Shown piece by piece: positions 1-9,662 of a stretch of DNA of 64,000 nt. A model generated the notes under the pieces. The model ran no database searches and was not told the origin of the DNA. It saw nothing but the letters and a program-made list of their open reading frames with translations. Every line of letters starts with the position of its first letter. The stretch's first letter is position 1. Both the position numbers and the translations under genes were made by a program. The stretch is from Dehalococcoidia bacterium (GTDB taxonomy: Bacteria; Chloroflexota; Dehalococcoidia; DSTF01; JACRBR01). The stretch covers positions 1 through 64,000 of the forward strand of contig JBGQBE010000007.1 in NCBI GenBank assembly GCA_041494685.1. The letters are read 5' to 3'.

Positions 1-22
1 CTGCTGCGGTACCATGCCCGCG

Positions 23-988
23 ATGTCTGTCATCGACGCCGGCCGCCGCCGCTTCTCCGACTTCGATATCGCCAGCCGCGCCGCGTTCTTCTCCTTCTCG
101 TCGAACGCGCTGCTGATGGTACTGAAGCTCACCGTCGGCCTTGCCTTCGGCTCCATCGCCGTCCTCGGCGACGGCGTGGACAGCGCCGAGGACCTCTTCG
201 CGTCCGGGCTGGCGTTCTTCACCGTGCGCCTCTCGCTCCAGCCCGCCGACGAGGCCCACCCCTACGGCCACGGCAAGGCCGAGAGCCTCGCCGCCATGTC
301 ACAGGGTGCGCTCATCGCCAGCGGCGGCGTCTTCATCGCCGCCATGGCCCTGTACCGCTTCATCAACGGTGGCGCCGAGATTAGCGTCGGCCCCTCGCTC
401 GTCACGATGCTCATCGCCGCCGCCGCCAACGCCGGTGTCGCCGTTTATTCGCTGCACGCCGCGAAGGTCAGCGGCTCCGTCGCCATCGCCGCCGACGCTC
501 GGCACCTGCTCACGAACGTCGCGCAGGCCGCGGCGATCATCGTCGCGCTGCTCGTCGTAGGCGTCACCGGCAACCACATCTTCGACCCCATCGTCGCGTT
601 GCTGCTGGCGGCGTACCTGCTCTGGATCGCCTTCGGCATCTTCCGCGCCGCCCTGCACGAACTGGTCGATTCCGCGCTGCCCGCATCGACGCGCACCGCG
701 CTCGACGAGTGCCTGGCGCACGAACACCACGGCATCCGCGGCTACCACGCGCTGCGCACACGCAAGTCCGGCCGCGAGACGCACATCGACCTGCACGCCC
801 TCGTCGACCCCGAACTCACTGTCAGCGAGGCGCACCGCCTCGTCGAGACGGTGGAGGACGACATCCGCTCGATGATCCCCGGCGCGGTCGTGAGCGTCCA
901 CGTCGACCCGGACGAGCCCGGCATCATGGATCGAAATCCCGTGCCGCAGGCGCACGCCGACCACGGCCTGCACCTGCACCAGCACTGA
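23..988 (+). CDS. Cation diffusion facilitator (FieF/YiiP-like) metal transporter
   Basis: Several TM segments, DSAED motif, HPYGHGKAE signature, C-terminal dimerisation domain (LRTRKSG...HVDP), His-rich tail. Start at ATG 23 because TACCAT (10-15) lies 7 nt upstream; ORF track starts at 14. Confidence 0.9.
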   Translation: MSVIDAGRRRFSDFDIASRAAFFSFSSNALLMVLKLTVGLAFGSIAVLGDGVDSAEDLFASGLAFFTVRLSLQPADEAHPYGHGKAESLAAMSQGALIASGGVFIAAMALYRFINGGAEISVGPSLVTMLIAAAANAGVAVYSLHAAKVSGSVAIAADARHLLTNVAQAAAIIVALLVVGVTGNHIFDPIVALLLAAYLLWIAFGIFRAALHELVDSALPASTRTALDECLAHEHHGIRGYHALRTRKSGRETHIDLHALVDPELTVSEAHRLVETVEDDIRSMIPGAVVSVHVDPDEPGIMDRNPVPQAHADHGLHLHQH

Positions 989-1010
989 CAGATTGGAGGA
1001 GGCACACGAC

Positions 1011-1847
1011 ATGGGCGCACTCGAAGGCAAGGTCGCGATCGTCACCGGCGCGGCGCGCCAGCGCGGCATCGGCCGCGGCATCGCGCTCGGTCTCGCCGGC
1101 TCCGGCGCGGCGGTCGCCGCCGTCGGGTCGCCGCGCGCGTCCGAGCAGTACCCGGAGCACGAGCGCGCTGTCGGCTGGCGCGGCGCGGCGTCCGTCGCGG
1201 CGGAGATCCAGGCGGCCGGCGGCCGCGCGGTCGGCTTCGACGCCGACCTCACCCGCCCCGACGACGCGGAGCGCACCGTCGCCGAGACGATCGCCGCGTT
1301 CGGTCGCGTCGACATCCTGGTGAACAACGCCGGCCTCGCCTTCTGCGGCGAGAAGAACCTCTGGGAGATCGATGACCGCGAGTGGTTCGACGTCGTCGAC
1401 GTGAACCTCAACGCCGTCTACCTGCTCACGAGCCGCGCGCTGCGCCGCATGGTCGAGGCGAAGCAAGGCGGGCGCATCATCAACATCTCGTCCACCGCCG
1501 GACGCATGGGCGTCCCTCAGTACGGCGCCTACTGCGCGACGAAGTTCGGCATCATCGGCCTTACGCAGATGCTCGCGCTCGAGGCCGCGCCGCACGGGAT
1601 CACCGTCAACGCCGTCGCGCCCGGCTCCGTCGATACGGACATGATGGACGGCACGTTCACCCACATGGCGTCGCGCTTCGGTGCCGAGATGCAGAACATC
1701 AAGACCGCCGTCGTGCGCGGCATCGCCCTGGGCCGCCAGGGACGCCCCGCCGACATCGCCGGCGCGGTCGCGTTCTTCGCCGGCGATGACGCGTCGTGGA
1801 TCACGGGACAGACGCTGAACGTCAACGGCGGCGCACCGATGGACTGA
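1011..1847 (+). CDS. SDR family NAD(P)-dependent oxidoreductase
   Basis: TGAARQRGIG Rossmann motif, NNAG, YCATK (YxxxK), WITGQTLNVNGG; GGAGG upstream of ATG 1011. Confidence 0.9.
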   Translation: MGALEGKVAIVTGAARQRGIGRGIALGLAGSGAAVAAVGSPRASEQYPEHERAVGWRGAASVAAEIQAAGGRAVGFDADLTRPDDAERTVAETIAAFGRVDILVNNAGLAFCGEKNLWEIDDREWFDVVDVNLNAVYLLTSRALRRMVEAKQGGRIINISSTAGRMGVPQYGAYCATKFGIIGLTQMLALEAAPHGITVNAVAPGSVDTDMMDGTFTHMASRFGAEMQNIKTAVVRGIALGRQGRPADIAGAVAFFAGDDASWITGQTLNVNGGAPMD

Positions 1848-1851
1848 GCCG

Positions 1852-2601
1852 CTACCCCAGTTCGCCCGCAGCGTGCAGCACCAGCGTCGCCGCCACCAGT
1901 CCCGCCGTCTCGGAGCGCAGCACCCGCTCGCCCAGCGTGACCATCGTCACGCCCGCCGCCTCGGCTCGCTCCACCTCCGCCGGCTCATAGCCGCCCTCCG
2001 GCCCGATGAAGATGCTGACCTCGCCCAGCGCGTACAGCGCGTCGATCTCCTGGTTCAGCACCGCGTGGATGTTCGGCGCACTCCCGCCAGCTTCCTCATA
2101 CGGCAGCAGCAGCAGCCCCGGAGCGGCGGCCAGCGCCTCGTCGAAGCGCTGCGGCGCCTCCACGACCGGCACGGCGCCGCGCCCGCACTGCTCGGCTGCC
2201 TCGACGACGATACGGCGCCAGCGGTCCATGCGTGCGCCCTCGCCCGCCGTCTTCACCACGGCACGCGCCGCGATCAGCGGCACGAAGCGCGCCACACCGA
2301 TCTCCGTCCCCTTCTCCAGCAGCCACTCGAAGCGCTCGCCCTTCGTGATCGACTGGTAGAGATGCACCTTCACGTGCGGCTCGGGCGGCCCCTCGTGGCG
2401 CTCCACCGCTGCCGCCAGCACCCGACGCGACGAGATCGTTTCGATCCGCGCGCGCACGTCGCCGCCGCTGCCGTCGAAGAGCTCGACCTCGTCGCCTTCG
2501 CGCAGCCGCAGCACGTTCGCCAGCCGCTGCGCCAGCGCGCCCGTGATCTCGATCCGATCGTCCGCCAGCGCCGGCAGATCCACGTAAAATCGGCGAGTCA
2601 C
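1852..2601 (-). CDS. rsmE: 16S rRNA m3U1498 methyltransferase
   Basis: VLRL..GD, EKGTEIGV, EAAEQCGR, IGPEGG, LGERVLRSETA. GTG start overlaps prmA stop (GTGA). Confidence 0.93.
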   Translation of the reverse strand: MTRRFYVDLPALADDRIEITGALAQRLANVLRLREGDEVELFDGSGGDVRARIETISSRRVLAAAVERHEGPPEPHVKVHLYQSITKGERFEWLLEKGTEIGVARFVPLIAARAVVKTAGEGARMDRWRRIVVEAAEQCGRGAVPVVEAPQRFDEALAAAPGLLLLPYEEAGGSAPNIHAVLNQEIDALYALGEVSIFIGPEGGYEPAEVERAEAAGVTMVTLGERVLRSETAGLVAATLVLHAAGELG

Positions 2602-3518
2602 GCTGCACCTCCCGGCCCCACCGCCTCGATGCAGCGCCAGTCGCCCATCACCCGCACGCTCTCGACGCGCGCGCCGGCCGCCGCCAGCGCGTCGCAGGTC
2701 TCGCGCTCGCGCTCGCCGATCACGCCCGACACGATCAGCCGTCCGCCCGGCGCCAGCGCGGCCACCAGCGGCACGGCGATCTCGATGATCACGCGCGCGA
2801 TGATGTTCGCCACGACGACGTCGAACCCCGCGGCCGCGGCCGGCTCCGCGAACGGCCACGCGCCGCCCAGGCTCCCCTCCGCCGCGCGCACGATCGCGTC
2901 CGCGCCGTTCGCGCGCGCGTTCGCCTCCGTCACCCTCACGCAGTTCGCGTCGATGTCGACGGCCCGCACCTCGTGCGCGCCGAGCAGCGCCGCCGCGATC
3001 GCCAGGATGCCCGAGCCGCAGCCGGCGTCCAGCACACGCATACCCGGCCGCACGTGCCGCTCGATCGCCTCCAGGCACATCCGCGTCGTCTCGTGCTGCC
3101 CCGTCCCGAACGCCATCCCCGGGTCGAGCGTCAAGACCACGTCGCCCGCCCCTCGCTCGAACGCGCGCCACGACGGCACCACCACGATCCGCTCGCCGTA
3201 GCGTTCGATGTGGAAGTACTCCTTCCACGACTCCGCCCAGTCCTCCTCCGCCACGTCGCGCACCGCCACGCGCGGCTCGATGCCCTCGCCGCCCAGCGCC
3301 CGCGCCGCCTCCACCGCGACGTCGCCGCCGCGGTCACGCGGCACGTACGCGTGCACTTGCGCGCTGCCGTCGCGGCGGATCACCGCATCGGACTCCAGGT
3401 CGGCCTGCGTGAACGGCGTTTCGATCCACACGTCGCCTCCCGTCGCGGCGCGCAACGCGTCGGCCGCCTGCTCGGTCTGCGATGCGGGCACGGTGGCGAT
3501 GATCTCGATGTAGTCCAC
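2598..3518 (-). CDS. prmA: Ribosomal protein L11 methyltransferase
   Basis: EEDWAESWKEYF, DPGMAFGTGQHETT, LDAGCGSGIL, VVANI; adjacent to rsmE. Confidence 0.93.
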   Translation of the reverse strand: MDYIEIIATVPASQTEQAADALRAATGGDVWIETPFTQADLESDAVIRRDGSAQVHAYVPRDRGGDVAVEAARALGGEGIEPRVAVRDVAEEDWAESWKEYFHIERYGERIVVVPSWRAFERGAGDVVLTLDPGMAFGTGQHETTRMCLEAIERHVRPGMRVLDAGCGSGILAIAAALLGAHEVRAVDIDANCVRVTEANARANGADAIVRAAEGSLGGAWPFAEPAAAAGFDVVVANIIARVIIEIAVPLVAALAPGGRLIVSGVIGERERETCDALAAAGARVESVRVMGDWRCIEAVGPGGAA

Positions 3519-3522
3519 GGGG

Positions 3523-4092
3523 TTACGCGTTCGGCGCGGCGCTGGCGGCGGCCGAAGCATCGGGCGCGTCGGCGCGCGCGCCGCCCAGCCGGGCGGCGCG
3601 CTCTTGCTCGTACGTCTGCCACTCCACGATCAGCTTGCGGTGCGCGTAGTCGTAGCCGATCTGGTCGCCGATCCAGCCGCCCAGGATGCCAGCGAACACG
3701 CGCCCGCCGATGATCAGCGCCGCCGTCGCGCCCGCCAGCATCCACAGCGACTGGTTGTAGCGGTAGACCGCTACGGCCACCAGCGCGATGAACAGCACCA
3801 GCCCTAGTCCGAGGCCCGCGAACGCGAAGGAGTTGACGATCAGGCTCTCGCGCTTGCGCATCCGCCGGTACAGGTCGAAGAAGTCGCTCGGGATCTTCGC
3901 GCACGGCTCGACATCCGCAGTCGTGTGGCCGCAGTGGCCGCACGTGTCGGCCTTCTTGCCCAGCGGCGTATAGCAGTAGCCGCAGAAGCGCCCCACGTTC
4001 GGCGCTTCGCCGGCGATCATCGCCGCCATCAGCTCGTCGAGTCGCTTGGAGAAGACCGGTATCTCGCTGCCCTCGTACGTGCGCTCGTTCAC
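3523..4092 (-). CDS. Hypothetical membrane protein with double CxxC zinc ribbon and two TM helices
   Basis: CGYC...CGHC followed by two hydrophobic segments; GTG start overlaps mug stop. Confidence 0.7.
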   Translation of the reverse strand: MNERTYEGSEIPVFSKRLDELMAAMIAGEAPNVGRFCGYCYTPLGKKADTCGHCGHTTADVEPCAKIPSDFFDLYRRMRKRESLIVNSFAFAGLGLGLVLFIALVAVAVYRYNQSLWMLAGATAALIIGGRVFAGILGGWIGDQIGYDYAHRKLIVEWQTYEQERAARLGGARADAPDASAAASAAPNA

Positions 4093-4616
4093 GACGCCAC
4101 CGCCCGCGCCGACGCGCCCCGCACCAGTCGCCGCAACTCGCGGAAGTACCGCAGCTTGTCCGCGCGCTGGTACGCCGCCGTCCGCGCCGACGTCGACGGC
4201 ATCACGTATACGGCCGCCTCGCCGATGCGCTCCGGCTGCAAGCCGAACTCGCACGCGTGGCCGGCGAAGACCTCGTAGATGCGCTTGCCGTTGAAGCAGA
4301 CCAGCTTCGGCCGGCACGCCAGCAGCTTGCGCCGCAGCACACCCGCGCCCGCGCGCATCTCCGCCAGCGACAGGTCGCTGATCGACGGCGACGGCCGCGA
4401 CACCATGTTCGTCAGGCCGATGCCCCACTCCAGCACGCGCGCGTCCTGCTCGTACGTCAACGGCTCCGTCACCAGGCCGCATTCGTTCAGCAGCGGCCAG
4501 AAGTGGTTGCCGGGACCCGCGTAGTGGTGTCCCGCCGCGGCCGAGCGCGTGCCCGGATTGATGCCCACGAACACGAGGTCCAGCCCGTCACGGAGGTAGT
4601 CGGGAAGCTGTTTCAC
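4089..4616 (-). CDS. mug: G:T/U mismatch-specific DNA glycosylase (MUG/TDG family)
   Basis: VFVGINPG, GNHFWPLL, GIGLTN, MPSTSAR. TGC-TACCTT -10 element 7 nt before GTG 4616. Confidence 0.9.
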   Translation of the reverse strand: MKQLPDYLRDGLDLVFVGINPGTRSAAAGHHYAGPGNHFWPLLNECGLVTEPLTYEQDARVLEWGIGLTNMVSRPSPSISDLSLAEMRAGAGVLRRKLLACRPKLVCFNGKRIYEVFAGHACEFGLQPERIGEAAVYVMPSTSARTAAYQRADKLRYFRELRRLVRGASARAVAS

Positions 4617-4672
4617 GAGCGACAAGGTAGCACATCGCCCCCGCGCGGCAGAGCGCCGCGCCCGCGCCCTCG

Positions 4673-5455
4673 TCACTCCCCTGCCGCGGGTACCGCGATC
4701 GCGACCGTCCGCCGGTTCGCGCGGACGATCGTCACCGCGACGGCCACCGCCATCAGCCCGGTGAAGAAGATCTCGACGAAGCGCGCCATGCTCTTCGTGT
4801 CGCCGAACTCCAGGCCGAAGACGCCCAGCACGTAGCCGACCATCGTGAACACCACGGCCCACAGCGTCGCGCCCGCGTAGTCGAGCGGCGCCCAGCGGCG
4901 GTACGGGATGCGGAACAGCCCCGCCGCGACCGGGCCGAGCATCCGCGAGTAGCCCGCGAAGTGGTACACCAGGATGATCCAGCGGTGGTTCGACTCCATC
5001 GTCCCCCGCACCCGCTCCATCAGCCGTCCCGTCGCGCCGCGCTCCAGCGCCCGCGTCCAGCCCAGCCGGCCGATGCCGTAGCTCAGCGTGTCGCCGGTCC
5101 ACGTCGCCGCCACCGCCAGCACCAGCACGAGCCCGAGGTTGATCGCGCCGTTCTCCGCCGCCAGACCGGCCAAGATCAGGATGATCACACCGGGCACCAG
5201 CAGCCCCAGGAACATGCTGTTCTCCATCAGCACGCCGAAGAAGACCACGTAGTAGCCGTAGTCCTTGAACAGCGCTTCCAGCTTGCGGATGCTCCACTCG
5301 CTGAGGCGCTGCACGAACGCCAGATTGTGGTTCAGCGACTCGAACGGCGAGATGCGCGGCAGCACGAACAGCACGAACGCCGCGACGAGCGCGCCCGCCC
5401 GCACCGCCGCGCCGAACCACGGCGGCATCTTGCTCTCTGCCGGGGTCTCGTCCAT
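4673..5455 (-). CDS. DedA family membrane protein
   Basis: ENSMFLGLLVPG, GDTLSYGIGR, AGLFRIPYRRW, GATLW DedA motifs. Confidence 0.88.
   Translation of the reverse strand: MDETPAESKMPPWFGAAVRAGALVAAFVLFVLPRISPFESLNHNLAFVQRLSEWSIRKLEALFKDYGYYVVFFGVLMENSMFLGLLVPGVIILILAGLAAENGAINLGLVLVLAVAATWTGDTLSYGIGRLGWTRALERGATGRLMERVRGTMESNHRWIILVYHFAGYSRMLGPVAAGLFRIPYRRWAPLDYAGATLWAVVFTMVGYVLGVFGLEFGDTKSMARFVEIFFTGLMAVAVAVTIVRANRRTVAIAVPAAGE
5347..5418. repeat. Copy 1 of 72-bp imperfect direct repeat (in dedA 5' end)
   Basis: Aligns ungapped with 5775-5846, 6 mismatches by manual comparison. Confidence 0.9.
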
Positions 5456-5774
5456 CCCTCACCTGCTCCGAGTCGATTATGTCCATTGTCGGGAATCGCC
5501 CAGCGCGGCGCAAACTTGCGCTTCCAGGTACCTCAATTTTCGTTATGTCGCGCAAATCGAATCTGGCTGTGTACCTGTTTCGTAATTTCGACTTTTCCGG
5601 GACGGGATGGACAAAGGGGCGCGGAGGACACGGAGGGAGGCAATATTGGGCCCTTGTGGTACATCGTGCGCGTCATCGCAGACACCCCGGGTTCGGCATC
5701 GACTCACCGTGTGCTCTACGAACTTAGGGGGTGCGACGTACGTTGTCCAAGGCCGGAGGATCACCCCGCCCACC

Positions 5775-5846
5775 GCGAGATGGGCGGCAGCACGAGCAGC
5801 ACGAACGCCGCGACCAGCACGCCCACGCGCACCGCCGCGCCGAACC
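5775..5846. repeat. Copy 2 of 72-bp repeat; relic of a dedA 5' end
   Basis: Minus strand reads FGAAVRVGVLVAAFVLLVLPPIS versus FGAAVRAGALVAAFVLFVLPRIS in dedA. Confidence 0.85.
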
Positions 5847-5913
5847 GTCGCTGATCACGCTGCGGCTGCTGGAGCGGTTCAGCAACACCGACCAGATCGC
5901 CGCGAGGGCTCCG

Positions 5914-6513
5914 TCAGAATGGCTTCACATTGTCCGCGATCTTCTGGCGCGTTAGATAGACGAGAAACTCCACCCCGTGAGGTGAAATCGCATATTGATC
6001 ATCGGTTACGGTGACGAGCCATTGGTTCACCAAGAATTGCAGGTAGTCGGAACGCGGAAGGTTCCAATTCGGAAACTGTGCTCGCGCAAAGGTGAGGTGC
6101 TGCTGGTAGAACCAGTCCAGGTCATCCGCTGAGGCCCGCGGCACCGCATTAAGGTGCTTGAGCAACGCGAGCTGTGTGCCGTAGATGATGCGGTAGGCGA
6201 ACTCGAACGAATACAACTGCCTCCACGCCGACTCGGCGTCAACCGGCGTGGCCGCGGTCGTCGTGGCCGTTGTCGTCGCAGGTACTTCCTCCGCAGGGGC
6301 CTCCTCCGCTTCTGCTTGCTGCTGTAACGGCTCCGACTGCTGTTGGTTAAACGCTAGCTTGCCGAAAGGCGTTTCTGCCTGGATATCGCGCTGCAATAGG
6401 GTGCTGATTTCGTCACGGAACTTGAACAAGAGAATCGCGAGGAGCACACCAACGGTCGAGGGCCACGCGAGGGCACCAACGAGATCGACAGTCGTGCGAT
6501 ACCAGTCCAGCAT
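5914..6513 (-). CDS. Hypothetical protein with N-terminal TM helix and helical C-terminal domain (A/T-richer, likely acquired)
   Basis: 199-aa ORF with plausible composition: TM segment LAWPSTVGVLLAILLF, Q/T/A linker, conserved-looking C-terminus. Confidence 0.7.
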   Translation of the reverse strand: MLDWYRTTVDLVGALAWPSTVGVLLAILLFKFRDEISTLLQRDIQAETPFGKLAFNQQQSEPLQQQAEAEEAPAEEVPATTTATTTAATPVDAESAWRQLYSFEFAYRIIYGTQLALLKHLNAVPRASADDLDWFYQQHLTFARAQFPNWNLPRSDYLQFLVNQWLVTVTDDQYAISPHGVEFLVYLTRQKIADNVKPF

Positions 6514-6628
6514 ACGCCCCCCTTGCGCTACGTCGTTGCTATTCTAGTTCATCGCAGCTCTTTATGGATACATCACTACCGAGGTATACCAGAGTTATCA
6601 GCTAGAGATTATGACAAGGGCGGCGGCG

Positions 6629-6775
6629 ATGGCGAAGCGATTACTCGCCGCCGGCAGGTGCTGGTGCAGCTGCGGCGCGGAGGTGCCGCTCGGCAGGTTC
6701 TTCGCGCCCCGCCGCGCAAACGTGCGCACGCCCCACCGTGGCCCCGCGCCGGCCGCGCGCTACCCTGTAGCGTGA
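6629..6775 (+). pseudogene. Probable truncated small Cys-motif protein (CWCSCG...FFAP)
   Basis: MAKRLLAAGRCWCSCGAEVPLGRFFAP recalls small CWCGCG...FF.xGHD proteins, then degenerates into low-complexity sequence. Confidence 0.35.
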
Positions 6776-7407
6776 GCGAATCGCCGTTCAAGCCGCACTT
6801 CTTCGAGCGCGAGGATGAGTCGCCGGACGCGCTGTTCTACGCGCAGGCGCGGCTGCTCGTGCACATCGACGAGCACGCGATCGCCGCCGCCGGCGCGCTC
6901 TACGGCGCGCTGCTGCCGGTCGGCGGCGCCCTGCTCGACCTTATGTCGAGCTATCGCTCCCACCTGCCCGACGCGCTCGCCTGGTCCCGCCTCGCCGGCC
7001 TCGGCATGAACGAGGTCGAGTTGCGCGAAAACCCGCAGCTCACCGAGTACGCCGTCCGCGACCTCAACGCCGACCCGCGCCTCCCCTACGGCGACGCCGA
7101 GTTCGACGGCGCGGTCGTCACCGTCTCCGTCCAGTACATGACGAAGCCCGTCGAGATCTTCCGCGAGGTCTGCCGCGTGCTGAAACCCGGGGCGCCGTTC
7201 GTCGTCACCTACTCCAACCGCATGTTCCCCACCAAGGCCGTGCGCGTGTGGCGCGCGCTCGACGACCGCGAGCGCGCCGGGCTCATCGGCGCGTACTTCC
7301 GGGACGCGGGCGGCTTCGGCGACGTGACCGCGGAGGACCGCAGCATCGACAGCGGAGCGTACAATGATCCGCTGTACGCCGTGTGGGCGCGGCGATCGGC
7401 GGTGTGA
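6772..7407 (+). CDS. Class I SAM-dependent methyltransferase (type 11-like)
   Basis: FEREDESPDALFY, LDLMSS..SHLP, GLGMNEVEL, SVQYMTKP, SNRMFPTKAV. TACCCT just upstream of the GTG. Confidence 0.85.
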   Translation: MSESPFKPHFFEREDESPDALFYAQARLLVHIDEHAIAAAGALYGALLPVGGALLDLMSSYRSHLPDALAWSRLAGLGMNEVELRENPQLTEYAVRDLNADPRLPYGDAEFDGAVVTVSVQYMTKPVEIFREVCRVLKPGAPFVVTYSNRMFPTKAVRVWRALDDRERAGLIGAYFRDAGGFGDVTAEDRSIDSGAYNDPLYAVWARRSAV

Positions 7408-7505
7408 CGGACGGCACTGTCGCGGCGCCCGATGATGATATGTAATAGTCCGGAGCCGCGGCATGCGCGCCGCGCGCGGCCGGACGTGGCCGAGACCACG
7501 GGAGG

Positions 7506-8573
7506 GTGATGGTACACCAGACATTCGTGACGAAAGACGACCAGGCGCTGAAGATCTTCACGTGGGCGGCCGGCGCGGCCAGCCTGCGCATGGCCTACTA
7601 CGGCCTGCGGCTCGGCATCTTCAACGCCATCACCGCACAGCCCGAAGGGCTGACGATCGAAGGCATAATCGAGCGAACCGGCCTGGACGGGCGTTACGTG
7701 CGCGCCTGGGCGAAGACCGCGCTCGCCGGCGAGCTCCTGGAGTACGATCCGGCCAGCGGCCGCTTCATCATGGCCTCCTTCATGGAGGCGCTGCTCATGG
7801 ACGACCAGGACTTCCAGTACCAGGCCGGGCTCGTCACCAGCCACGCCGTCGAGTCACGGCTCGCTGACCGCGTGGTCGATTGCTTCCAGAGCGGCGAGGG
7901 CATCCCCTTCGCCGACTACGGGCAGGAGATGGTCGAGACGATCCATGCCTTCAGCAAGGCGGCCTACGAGCTCTTCCTCCCCAGCGTCCTCCTGCCGGCG
8001 CTGCCGGAGCTCACGCAGAGCCTCGCCGGCGGCGGCACGATCCTGGAGCTCGGTTGCGGCGCCGGCGCCGGCCTCGTCTCGCTCGGCAAGACGTTCCCGC
8101 ACTGCACCGTCACCGGCCTCGACCCCGACCCGACGTCGATCGCGCTGGCACGGCAGCGCATCGAGGAAGCCGGTCTCGGCGAGCGCGTCCACGCCGAGGA
8201 GATGCGCGGCGAAGACCTCACCGGCGAAGACGCCTTCGACTTCATCTACACGCAGATCTCGCTGCACGAGATGGACGACGCCCGCATCGTCCTGGCGAAC
8301 GCCTACCGCGCCCTCAAGGAAGGCGGCACCATCCTGATCACCGAGATCCGCGGTCCGGAGCGCATCGAGGACTGTGCCGGGCCGTACGACGCCGTGCTGT
8401 CTCACATCGACCTCTTCTACGAGATCCCGCAGGCCGTGGCGAAGGGCGGACACGCCGTCGGCTTCTTCACGCGCGGCGAGGTCGAGGAGATGGCGGCCGG
8501 CGCCGGCCTGCACGACGTGCGGGAACTGGAGCTCGAGCAGCCGCTCTACGCCGCCTTCGTCGCGACGAAATAG
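7506..8573 (+). CDS. SAM-dependent methyltransferase with N-terminal winged helix (Rv2258c-like)
   Basis: GLRLGIF...RYVRAW N-domain, LELGCGAG motif I, SLHEM; GGAGG RBS. Confidence 0.85.
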   Translation: MMVHQTFVTKDDQALKIFTWAAGAASLRMAYYGLRLGIFNAITAQPEGLTIEGIIERTGLDGRYVRAWAKTALAGELLEYDPASGRFIMASFMEALLMDDQDFQYQAGLVTSHAVESRLADRVVDCFQSGEGIPFADYGQEMVETIHAFSKAAYELFLPSVLLPALPELTQSLAGGGTILELGCGAGAGLVSLGKTFPHCTVTGLDPDPTSIALARQRIEEAGLGERVHAEEMRGEDLTGEDAFDFIYTQISLHEMDDARIVLANAYRALKEGGTILITEIRGPERIEDCAGPYDAVLSHIDLFYEIPQAVAKGGHAVGFFTRGEVEEMAAGAGLHDVRELELEQPLYAAFVATK

Positions 8574-8593
8574 CGGACTACCGGAGAACGAGC

Positions 8594-8618
8594 AACGCGG
8601 CGGGGTTCCCGCCGCGTT
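8594..8618. terminator. Hairpin between convergent methyltransferase gene and lepB
   Basis: AACGCGGCGGG-gtt-CCCGCCGCGTT perfect 11-bp inverted repeat. Confidence 0.7.
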
Positions 8619-8680
8619 TCATTGCACTGCCACCCGTAACCAGGCGCCAGTCACCGATCACCAGCACCCAGGTCACCAGA

Positions 8681-9619
8681 TCACGGTGCTACCGCGGCGA
8701 TCGGCTTGATCACCTTGTTGTTCACGAATCCCATCGCGTCCCACGGCCAGTAGCGTATCCACGCCTGGCCGATGATGTTCTCCTCCGGCACGAAGTCGCA
8801 CTGCTGCGTCGCGGCGCAGCTCTGCCCCCACGCGTGCGAGTCGTAGCTGTTGCGCCGGTTGTCGCCCAGCACGAAGTACTGTCCCGGCGGCACGGTCTTG
8901 GGCGCGAACGTGTAGTTCGGCGTGTCCTTGATGTAGTTCTCTTTCAGCGGCGCGCCGTTCACGTACACCTTCTCGTCGCGCACCTCTACCGTATCTCCCG
9001 GCACGCCGATCACCCGCTTCACGAAGTCGCGCGTCGGGTCCAGGGGGAAGCGGAAGACGATCACGTCGCCGCGCCGCGGCGGCCGGAACAGGTGCCGCTC
9101 CTGGCCGTTATCGCCCGGAACGAACGGAATGTAGTCGTGGATCTTGTCCATGTTCACCCGGAAGTACAGCGCCTTGTTCACCAGCAGATACTGCGAGTTC
9201 TGCAGCGAAGGCTCCATGCTGTTGCCCTCGACGCGGAAGTTCTGGACAACTCCCTTGACCGCGAAGAAGATCAGCAGCGCCAGGATCACGGTCTCGGCCA
9301 GCTCGCGGCCGATACGACGGGCGCGCGCCCCGGAACCGCGCCGTGTACGCTGCATCTGCTCGTACGGGACGGCGCGGTCCCATGCGTTCGGGCTCAGGCC
9401 CAGGTCGGACGTCGAATAGGCCAGCTCGAGCGAGGCCGGCACGTCCAGGTACGGCGCCGCCGGGTCATCGTCCGGGAGGGGCACAGCCGCCTCGGCCGGC
9501 GGCGCGTCGAACGCGCGCAACGCCTCATCACGCTCCGTGCGGGGCGTCAATGGCGGCTGCGGGGCCTCGTACGAGGGATCGCCGGGCGAGTTGTCCGGCG
9601 CGGCGGGATCGTAGGACAT
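8681..9619 (-). CDS. lepB: Signal peptidase I
   Basis: GNSMEPSL (catalytic Ser), DFVKRVIGVPGD (catalytic Lys), GDNRRNSYDS; long acidic/Pro-rich N-terminus. Confidence 0.93.
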   Translation of the reverse strand: MSYDPAAPDNSPGDPSYEAPQPPLTPRTERDEALRAFDAPPAEAAVPLPDDDPAAPYLDVPASLELAYSTSDLGLSPNAWDRAVPYEQMQRTRRGSGARARRIGRELAETVILALLIFFAVKGVVQNFRVEGNSMEPSLQNSQYLLVNKALYFRVNMDKIHDYIPFVPGDNGQERHLFRPPRRGDVIVFRFPLDPTRDFVKRVIGVPGDTVEVRDEKVYVNGAPLKENYIKDTPNYTFAPKTVPPGQYFVLGDNRRNSYDSHAWGQSCAATQQCDFVPEENIIGQAWIRYWPWDAMGFVNNKVIKPIAAVAP

Positions 9620-9662
9620 AAGCTCTCTATTCTAGCATGCCCGCCGGACGGCGGCGGTCGCG

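Noticed and set aside
1011..1847. Mycofactocin-dependent SDR
   Set aside because: Only partial resemblance (TGAAR) and no mft genes in the window.
5645..5750. RelE/ParE toxin-like fragment (HRVLYELRG)
   Set aside because: The match is too short and has no start or partner antitoxin.
5347..5846. 72-bp repeat as a DGR template/variable pair or a CRISPR repeat
   Set aside because: Mismatches are not adenine-specific, there are only two copies, and no reverse transcriptase or cas gene is in the window.
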